Source: Basidiobolus ranarum (lineage: Eukaryota). Taken from it: a DNA stretch of 46,356 bases. Under the pieces are notes generated by a model. That model was not told where the DNA came from, ran no database searches, and saw only the letters and a program-made list of their open reading frames with translations. Below are positions 22,852 to 32,399 of this stretch, one piece after another. The stretch covers positions 1 through 46,356 of the forward strand of contig JASJQH010000024.1 in the NCBI GenBank assembly GCA_040143965.1, read 5' to 3'. Positions within the stretch are counted from its first letter, which is position 1; the number at the start of each line of letters is the position of its first letter. The position numbers were made by a program, and so were the translations under genes.

Positions 22852-24750
22852 ATGACGTTGGAGACCGTACAGGGGGTGGTAATTAAAGTACAAGCCAGTG
22901 AATCTTATGTCTATCCTTCATGTAGTAATTGCAGCGCAAAACTAGGCACGCAACCAGGATATAGGGGAAGTCCTGGCTTTCGAAGGTTAACTCAGAATTC
23001 CTATTCACCAAATGTGAAGAAGAATTCACAAAATAACGTTGTTACCCCAATCAAAACTCTGGATAACGTTAAAGCCTTAACACCTGGACCACAAATGTTT
23101 TGCTCTCGTTGTCATTCAGATTATTTAAGAGAATGCGTTTCTTTCAAGTTTAGACTAAGTTTTGTTATCGCCCAAGCTCAAGAATATAAATCTGGTATTC
23201 TTTTTCCATACTATACTTCAGTTAACCTACAAAACACTAATGTTTTGAACCCTCATTTAGTAACTGTCTTTGGTGAGGATCTAGATACTATATTTGGTTG
23301 TAACGCTACGGATTTTCGCAAATTTCTGCGTTTGATTTCTCAAAAGTCGAAATTAGACAGACTCGAACTAAAGAATGCGTTATTAGAGTCTTTAGAGTCG
23401 GTTATGGTTGGGCAATTGTTTACGTTGAAAATTTTTCGAACTAAATCTACCAAGAGAACTTTACTTCAAAACAAACGGATTCCATTATCAGACAAAACAT
23501 CCGAGTACTTATCCAAGTTGAGACTTGGTAAAGACAACGAGGATTGGAAAGTAAGACAAATCAGGCCAGTGTACGGTCTTTCGAATACAGTGTTTTTCTA
23601 TTTAAGAGAAAGACTGAATTTGTCACCAGATTGTTTATCACAAGAGACAGATGTTTATATGTTTAGCTCGAAAAACCTTCTCAAGATGTTGGACGCGAAG
23701 AAATATGATGATCCTTGGTTAAAAGAACCTAATCAAGTAAAGGCTAATTCACCTCCACCCCAGATTCAAAATACAATGAATGCCGAGTGGGAGTATGGAT
23801 CTTTGGATGAAAGTGATTATACTGTAAAGCATACCCTAGAACAGAGTCATGATGGGGCTATAAAGAACATAAACTTATCCCCTTTCGCCCCACATGACAC
23901 CCAAAATCCTTGCTCATTTCTCTCAATTCCCGAATATGGTGATATCGATGAGAATCTCCGTAAAAAGATGAGCAACTCTCAGGTTTTCCGAATGTATACC
24001 CAAGGACGGAACTTCGATGACATGTCGCCTTATGTTTCGCATCTACTCCCAAATAGCTCTCTCCCTACACACACCTCCACGCCTACACGATATGATTTGC
24101 TGTCTGCTAGTCAGGCTAGTCAATTTTTTGACGATTTCTATGACGGCACTCCCAACAGTCAGAATATGGAACCAGCTCTCTCTATTGCCGATCTGACGAC
24201 TCCATGTCAGCTCAAAAGATTTTCAAACAAAAGCCCTATTAAGCCTGCTGAGGATGTTCATGAACACCCAAAGCAACATGTCGAATTACAAGGTGATAAA
24301 AGCACCCATAACTTCCAAATTACGAAGAAATCCACAACGCTATTAGTTGCTGAAACCCCTGAAAATCCAAAGGCAGAATTTCGAAACTGGATGTATACAA
24401 CGCCTACTGATATTCAAACCCCAACAAAATCACATTCAATTTCATCTCTTCGTTTGGCAGGATGTCGTTGGTATCCACTTCTTAAGTATCATGAAAGTCA
24501 TGGCTCAGTTAAAGGTAAAAGTACCATACCCGCTCCAGACCATACACCCAACTTTCATGAAGTTATTCCTGAGACTCCTTTGAAGCCCAAAAACTCCACT
24601 AATTGTATGAATTCACCGTTGTATATACCTGATTCTGTAAAAAGATTTGTTCCAGAAACACCTGCTAAGGAGCCTTATGAGATGCCAAACCAAGAGCAAA
24701 GTTTCTGGTTAGATGACGATATCATCCCACCATCAGATGAAGAGGACTAG
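22852..24750 (+). CDS. DDIAS/noxin-like protein: RPA1-C-type Zn-OB fold plus disordered S/T-P tail
   Basis: YVYPSCSNC...FCSRC...FKFRLSFVIA...(S)VTVFGEDLDTIFGCNATDF closely resembles the DDIAS N-terminus as recalled (FIYPSCQKC...YRYKLSLKVA...ITVFGSCLDTFFGLTATGL). Probable in-frame 66-nt intron at 23195-23260. Confidence 0.8.
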   Translation: MTLETVQGVVIKVQASESYVYPSCSNCSAKLGTQPGYRGSPGFRRLTQNSYSPNVKKNSQNNVVTPIKTLDNVKALTPGPQMFCSRCHSDYLRECVSFKFRLSFVIAQAQEYKSGILFPYYTSVNLQNTNVLNPHLVTVFGEDLDTIFGCNATDFRKFLRLISQKSKLDRLELKNALLESLESVMVGQLFTLKIFRTKSTKRTLLQNKRIPLSDKTSEYLSKLRLGKDNEDWKVRQIRPVYGLSNTVFFYLRERLNLSPDCLSQETDVYMFSSKNLLKMLDAKKYDDPWLKEPNQVKANSPPPQIQNTMNAEWEYGSLDESDYTVKHTLEQSHDGAIKNINLSPFAPHDTQNPCSFLSIPEYGDIDENLRKKMSNSQVFRMYTQGRNFDDMSPYVSHLLPNSSLPTHTSTPTRYDLLSASQASQFFDDFYDGTPNSQNMEPALSIADLTTPCQLKRFSNKSPIKPAEDVHEHPKQHVELQGDKSTHNFQITKKSTTLLVAETPENPKAEFRNWMYTTPTDIQTPTKSHSISSLRLAGCRWYPLLKYHESHGSVKGKSTIPAPDHTPNFHEVIPETPLKPKNSTNCMNSPLYIPDSVKRFVPETPAKEPYEMPNQEQSFWLDDDIIPPSDEED

Positions 24751-25020
24751 ACCCACCTGAAATCAGTATTAATAAAATAGATGTTATCGATGTACATAGC
24801 AACCTAGCACATGTATATAGATTCGACGTTAATCCCAGAGCGATGTTGTTTCAAATAGTAGTTTTATTTGTGTAGCAACTAACGGGTTATGAATAAATGC
24901 AAATTATATACATCAGATATTGTGGATGTTAATTCATAGCATGAGTCTAGTTATAGATGAATGTAAGTACAGGGCTATTACAGGCCAATTAATAGGATAG
25001 TGAGATTCGTGGAAAAAGAA

Positions 25021-28000
25021 TTACACACGAATAGCCCAAGGCTTTTCACCCTCCTTGGGTACTATCTTAGAGAGAGTAGCAATTTCATCAGCACAGGCCA
25101 TACGAATTTGTTCTGCAGTTGCTGGATGGGAGAGGGTAAAGGTTTCAGTGACATTGCTATCCTTGCGAGCAGCAGAGATAGCATCACGAATAGCGTAGTA
25201 GACAGAAGTACCCAAGAAGAAAGGTGGTTCTCCAACACCTTTACTGCCGTGGATAGTTTTAAGGTTCTTGTACTCAACACCATCAAGAAGATCAACACGG
25301 AACTTTTGAGGAATATCACGGAATCCTGGAATTTTATAATTTCCTGGGCCTCGAGTAAAGAGCATACCGTTGGGGAAAAATAGAGTTTCTTCCATTGTTG
25401 ACCAACCAGCTCCTTGCAACCAAGCACCCTCCACTTGACCAAGATCAATTGAGTAATTGAGTGACTGCCCAACATCCATGAGTACGTCAGTGCTTAAAAC
25501 TGTATGATCACCAGTGAGAATATCAATTTCTACCTCAGAAACTGCAACTCCCAATGTGAAATAGAAGAACATCATTCCTTCGTTCTTACCCCAGGTATAA
25601 CCAATATCAGGAGTTTTGTAATGACCATTAGCAGAGAGATTCACGCGATCGAAATAAGCAGCCTTAGCAAGATCACCAAGAGAAGCATCAGGCATCTTTT
25701 CGCGATATGGTCTCAATCTCTCGGAAACTTCGTCACATGCGGCTTTAACAGCTTGACCATTAAGATCAGAACCCGCTGAGGCAGCAGTAGGACTTGTGTT
25801 TGCAACAGTATTGGTAGATGTTTCACTAATAAACACTTTATCCAATGGAACATTCAAGGCTTCGGCGGCAATCTGAGCCATCTTGGTATGAATACCTTGT
25901 CCCATCTCGATACCTCCATGAGTTAAAAGGACAGAGCCGTCGGTATAAATGTGGACAAGCGCACCAGCTTGATTAAGGAATCTAGCTGTGAATGAAATAC
26001 CGAACTTGGTGGGAATAATGGCAAGTCCTCTCTTCTTGAATTTGTGAATTTTGTTAAACTCGTCAACTTCACGGCGTTTGTTCTCGTAATCGGAAGTTTC
26101 CTTGATTTGCTTCCACATGAGAGGAATGTGCCAATCGGTAAGTTCTTGATTGAAATGAGTCAATTGACCCTCCTTATACATGTTGATCTCACGGAAATCA
26201 TCAACAGGAATCTTAAGTTTCTCTGCAACTTCATAAACCCAGTTCTCACAAATAACCATGCCTTGAGGGCCACCGAAACCTCTGTAAGCAGTGTTGGAAT
26301 GGATATTGGTGATACAGGCTTTACCAATGACACGAACATGGGGGATGTAGTAACAGTTGTCACTATGGGACATGGCACGCTCAACAACAGCCATGGTCAA
26401 ATCAGCAGACCAACCAGCATTAGCATATAGTTGGAGGTCTAATGCTTGGACTTTACCATCATTATTGACACCGACCTTCCATCTACCCAAGAATGGATGT
26501 CTTTGACCAGTTAACAGCATATCTTCATCACGATCAAGCATACAACGAATAGGCTTGCGTAAGTGGTGAGCGGCAATAGCTAGAGGAGCGGACACCATTA
26601 TAGTTCTACTCTCTTTACCACCGAAACCTCCACCAAGACGTTTGGTACGAATAACAATTCTGCTGTCAGAACAGCCAAGAACTTTAGCTACAACATGTTG
26701 AGTTTCGGTTGGATTTTGAGTGCTGCTGAAAATCTCCATTTCGTCGCCTTCTTTTGGAACAACGATACAAGCATTGGTTTCAAGATAGAAATGTTCTTGA
26801 CCACCAACCTTAGCCTCACCTTCAAATATATTGTCACAATTTTTGAATGCCTCATCAACATCTCCGCGAATAATCTCTCTATCAGCTGGGACATACGACT
26901 CCTTTTCAATCGCCTCTTCAATGGTAAGAATATGTGGAAGCTCCTCATACTCGATATGGACCATTCTAGAAGCGGCCTGTGCTTGATCCTGGGTTTTTGC
27001 AACGACTATACCAATAATTTGGCCCAAGAAAAATACCTCATCACTAGCAAAAATCTCTTCATCTTGGAAGACAGCACCCCAGGTGTTGCAACCAGGTACA
27101 TCTTTGGCAGAAAAGAACCCTACAACACCATCGGCTTCTTCAGCAACTTGTGAATCGATCTTGAGAATCTTGGCATGAGCTTTCTTGGAGGTAACCATAG
27201 CACCGTAAAGCTCACCACTGTAAGAAGGCATATCATCAACATATATGGCCTCTCCAGTGACTTGTTTAATAGCACTTAAGTGAGCAACATTTTTACCAAC
27301 GATAGATTCCGGACGAGTAGGCATAGATTGCGAAGCTTGTGAAACTGTACGTTCAATGTCCTTCAATTCGTTGGCAAACTTAGCTTCAGGAATATCAAGA
27401 CCTAGTTTGTTTGCAACATCACACCAGAATTTATAGAAGAAACTGGAAGCTAAAGCTTTACGATACTCAGCCATACCACCTGGAGAGGAATATTGAATGG
27501 GAAGATCGAATCCAAGTCGCTTAACAACTTCTAAATAATCCTCACGATAACCCCATTCTTTGCCGACCAAGTATTCCATAGCAGAACTAGCTTGAATAGT
27601 AGTAGGACCCATACCACCAAAGGCGAAAACGGAATCCTTGACAAAGAATTTTTCGTCTTTCTTTTCAAACTTGACTCTTAAACCGCCATTGACAATAGCG
27701 ATATCATCATCTTTTCTTTTCGCCTGTTTGAAAGATTGAGTGTATTCGAATTCAGATGTGAATGGAACAGTCAAAGAAACTACAACTTCTCCAGGACGAA
27801 GTGCAGTTTTACGATATCCAAGGAAGAATTCAGTCATTTTGATGGACCGTAAGCCACCATCTTTGGAGGCAACAACCATTACAGCTCGAGAAGTGACAAA
27901 CACAGGATTAAGATCCGAAATAGGGGAAGCAGTTACAATATTTCCAGCAATAGTACCAACGTTTCTGATTTGACGACCAGCGAACCAACGGAGATTGCTA

Positions 28001-29163
28001 AGATATGCTTTGAAATTTTCAGTCTTGGAGGAATCGTATTTCTCGACTGCTTCTTTTAAAACATGTTCGAAACTAGATAAAGTGATGTTTGCACCGAAGG
28101 TTATTCCATCTGAATTATATTCGACCTTTCTTAATTCTTTAATGTCTCCAACATAGATCATAACTGGATAGTAGATGTGCTTGAACTTGATTTCAATTCC
28201 GACTTCAGAATTACCGGCGATAATCTTAGCATCTGGATACTCGGCTTTGAGTTGAAGAAGCTCTTCAAGCTCAAGAGGACGATACCATTTGTATTTGTTA
28301 TTGGAAAATGCCAAAGGTCTGAGGCCACTGTTAACTTCGTTTTCAGCATGAGCATATTTGATCAAACCAGGAGGGAAAATCAATTCTTGAGAAGGATCGT
28401 ACTTCTTGAACTTAATTTTTTCAAATCTATCGTCAATCACTGTGTCGAGTTGGTCGTCAATCTCTTTGTTATCTTGGCAACAACCGCCAGCTCTACCACA
28501 ACCTTTAGTAGCTTCTACTTTGACTACTTCCTCTTTGACATCTTGGCAACAGCCCCCAGCCTTTTTTTCACCGCAACAACCACCTGCGGGGGTAGCAAAC
28601 GTTTTGGCGGCATCTAAAATGGGTCTGTAGCCAGTACAACGACAGAGATTTCCATCAAAAGCCTCTTCAATATCGTGCTCAGTAGGGTTAGGGTTGTTTC
28701 TCAATAATGCATAAAGAGACATGACGATTCCAGGAGTACAGAAACCGCATTGTGATCCGTGACTCAGAGCAATTCTTTCTTGGACTGGATGAGGATTTTT
28801 GGAGTTACCGAGGCCTTCGACAGTTATAACATGTTTTCCGTCCATAGAACAAAGTGGGGCCAAGCAAGCATTGACGGAAGTGTGGAAAATTTTGCGAGTA
28901 TCTGGGTCGTAAGAAGAAACCAATAGTGTACAGGCCCCTAAATATTTGGTTATATCATTAATAAACTATTGTCCACCTGCTTTACTACAAAATCAAAGAA
29001 AAGACATACCGCAACCACCTTCACCACAGCCCAATTTAGTGCCAGTCAAGCCAGCGTGACGAAGATACTGAAGAAGAGTCATTTCAGGGTCAGGGTTCCT
29101 GAGTACAACGCGAGACCCATTGACATAAAAAGTCAAAGTATCTGAATAACTTTGAACGCTCAT
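25021..29163 (-). CDS. XDH: Xanthine dehydrogenase (2Fe-2S/FAD/Moco), 2 exons
   Basis: [14 protein letters not shown] spans intron 28938-29009. Also [50 protein letters not shown] and KGVGEPP. Substrate-site Glu and Arg equivalents are present. Confidence 0.97.
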
Positions 29164-29282
29164 AGTGTCTGAATATTCAAAATCAAGAATGCAAAAATAA
29201 AGTGAGAACTATTTAAAATGAATATATAAAAAGTGCACAATGAGATGATCAATAGTGTGAGAGAGTGAAAGATGTCAAGTGC

Positions 29283-29289
29283 TTATATA
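29283..29289 (-). promoter_or_regulatory. TATA box of XDH
   Basis: CTATATAAGC on the minus strand ~120 nt upstream of the ATG. Confidence 0.55.
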
Positions 29290-30440
29290 GAAGAACAGGG
29301 AGTTTGATCACGTTACAACAAGTATTTAAGGCCTCCCCACAAAGTTTGCACCTTAGCCCAAATCTCCATATAATTTAGTAAGAGAACCTTATTATTAATA
29401 CTACTGACTGTTAAGATGAATGCAACCATTCTAAGAAACATTACAATGCGACCAAATGCGACCAGTGTTCCACGCAGCAAGTGAATTTTTTATTGGTGTG
29501 AATTACTTGGTTCTCCATTGATATTTCCAATCAGTGAAACTATCACCATCTCATCTATTAATATTACATATTTAGAGATTGTACTACCATGTCAGAAAAT
29601 AGCGGTATTTAGATATCGGCACCATATTTTTGGGACTCACAAAAAGTCGAGTATTTCCGAGGTTATAGGCTATAACCCCCTTTTGGGAGTGAGATTCGGT
29701 TGAGGATTTATTTAGGCATTTAATGAATGGTTTAGGAACTGATTCTTGTACTATTGTTTATCTCAAGGTAACATGCAACTACTGGTGATTTGCTACATTC
29801 GAAGAATTGAGCGTACTTAATAGGCTCAGTCCTGGAGTCGTATCACATGCGTTTCTTTCCCCTGTCTAAAGGTAGTATAGTCACTCGATTGGGTACCATT
29901 CTGACTGAGCCATTCCCACACACAACGTCGCTACTCCCAATTAATTAGAAATATTGAAGCTAACCAATCATCTACTGGATGAGAGAGACAGTATGCTTAT
30001 CTGACATAATTGACTTTGGCTGCGCACAAAATTGAGTAAGTTATGAGACAATCCAATCTATACATAAAATAAACACTATTATCCGATTTTTGTTTAATTT
30101 ATTCATGTTGCTTAGAACTATGGTTAAAGTAAAACATTGATGATAAATGGGAATACACTATTCTTAGTTGACTAGATGAGTGACTCACGATGAAATGTCA
30201 CTATGATATATGCTTTTCTAAAAATTGCTGATTTATAAGAATCGAGCATATTCCTTCGGTCATTGATAACGTGGCATCGATCATAATTAAATGTTGGATT
30301 TTGTTGGATTCCCTAAGTGGTAGGCTCCGGATATCCGTAGTCCGATAGTCAAAGGTGATATAAAATGTGTTGACTTGGTTAAGCGATATTTGAAGTTATT
30401 TCATATACACTCTTCTTAAACAGGGCTCTACTCACTAATA

Positions 30441-31354
30441 ATGAATGTTCCTAGCCTTGACTCGGTAAGTGTTTATTTATACAATCCTTCCAGAGGAATT
30501 ATTCTAAATTTCTTTTCTGATTTTTCTAGATTACCCTTAAGAACATTCGCACTCAAGTTCCACAAGCCTATACGCTTACGCAAAGAGATATATCTCGTTT
30601 CTGGTATGCCAATAAGGGTCATTTCAAAGAAACTTGTAAAAGTTTAACTGAAACTATGGTAAATTTCGAGCACTTTTATATACATTAGTTTGATGGTATA
30701 TTAAATGAAACATTCAAATAGCACTGGCGTCATAGTTTTAACTACGATAAAATTCTCGAAGAAGACTTCTCTGATCTTATCAAGACGCGAAAAGTCTTTT
30801 TTCATGGAAATGCCAAAGATGGAACCCCAGTATTAGTCTGGAGAAGTTGTAAACATTTTGCCAATTACGAGGAACGTGAACGGGAAAAGCGTTTTTATGT
30901 ATGGGTTATGGCTAAGGCTGAGAAAGAAGGGATTCTACCTGGTAAAGTGACTATCGTCTATGATCGTACTGACGCTACAAAAGCCAATGCTGACCTTGGT
31001 CTAGCAAAGGAGGTCTTTCCACTATTTCAAAACCACTTTCCTGAACGTCTTCAAAATGTGTTCGTATTTCCATCATCCTTTTTATTGAGCTCGTTATGGT
31101 ATTGTATAAGACCTTTTGTTGATACTGTAACCGCACAAAAAGTACATATTTGGAAAGAGCACGAGTATCAGTCCAATATCTTGGAGTATATTGATACGGA
31201 AAATTTACTAGAAAGATTCGGAGGCAAAGGGGTCGAGTCAACTGGTACATCCATTGGTACAGAAACTGTGAAAGCATTCCCCCCACCTACCCCAGAAGTT
31301 CACTGTATGGTAGAAGAAACCATCCAAACTCCTGTTGTAACAGAAGTTGCATGA
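30441..31354 (+). CDS. CRAL-TRIO/Sec14-like lipid-binding protein (3 exons)
   Basis: Exons 30441-30464, 30530-30658 and 30722-31354. Motifs FFHGNAKDGTPV, FQNHFPERL, LWYCIRPFVDTVTAQKV and LLERFGG. Confidence 0.9.
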
Positions 31355-32399
31355 TTTGAAGTCGAAAGCCTCAGTATCTGATGTATAGAGTATGTTGAAG
31401 ATATGAGAACCAAACTGTATTTTAATATTTTAATTATATTTACAAATATAATAAAGAAGATTCCATCGAGAATTGAACTCGAACTACGAAGAATCCAAAA
31501 GATTAATCGTGTGCAGACCACTACACTATAGAATCCAATAATTTTTTGTGCCAGTGACAAATCTCGAATTGCAGTAAAGACAATCAAGTTTATGTTCAAC
31601 GGCTAAAAATGTACCCATGTTCTTTACACATCGATGAGTTAAATGGTTCATGACGTGCCTTTAGCATGGGATAGAAAAAATCATGACAAAATAAGTAAAT
31701 ATTAACCAAACTCAAACAGAAACCAAAGAATGGTGAAACCACTTGGTTGATAAAGTACGTTCGGATCTTGGTCAACTTTGGAATATTATTGGAATGGAAG
31801 AAATATGGATTCAAATGACCTTTATTCGATTTAACTAAAAAGATCAATCGAAATTTAACGTCTCATTCCATCACAATTAATTACAACAAAAAATGAACTA
31901 AAACTTACCATAAACTCAGTTGAGCGACAAGTGTTCCATCACTACAGGTATTTATTCACTAAAAATCTATTTGGCAGGGGGTAGTTTTTTTCTTAGCAGA
32001 GGAATTCTATTGGATAATTCATATTGAAATTATGATCTGATTCGTTTATGAAAATTTGACATGCCATTCTTGAAGCATTCGAAATTCATTAGCAAGTATG
32101 ATGGTTTATTTAAGAAACCTGAGATTAAAAGCTTGGTTATTAAGCATAATGTACGATGTTAACTTAATTTACGAATGGTTATGATGAGACTTCTAAATAT
32201 TGAGATTGAGGACAAACACTAACAAGTATTTAAACCCAGTATCAACTGACTTATTAAATAATTAAATATAAACTACAAGGAAACGCCTGATTTCATTAGA
32301 AGGAAAAAGTTGTGGAGATGTGAGGATATCTTAGTGTACAGGAACCGTCAAAACGAGTGGTAGTATGTTGAAACAATAGCACAGCTACTACATGCAAAA

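Noticed and set aside
16397-28630. Numerous antisense or alternate-frame ORFs inside DOCK, DDIAS-like and XDH genes
   Set aside because: These are shadow ORFs expected from codon bias and contain no recognisable domains.
2568-29163. Nitrogen-scavenging or cyanase-carbonic anhydrase cluster
   Set aside because: No carbonic anhydrase lies next to cyanase, and XDH is over 21 kb away with unrelated genes between.
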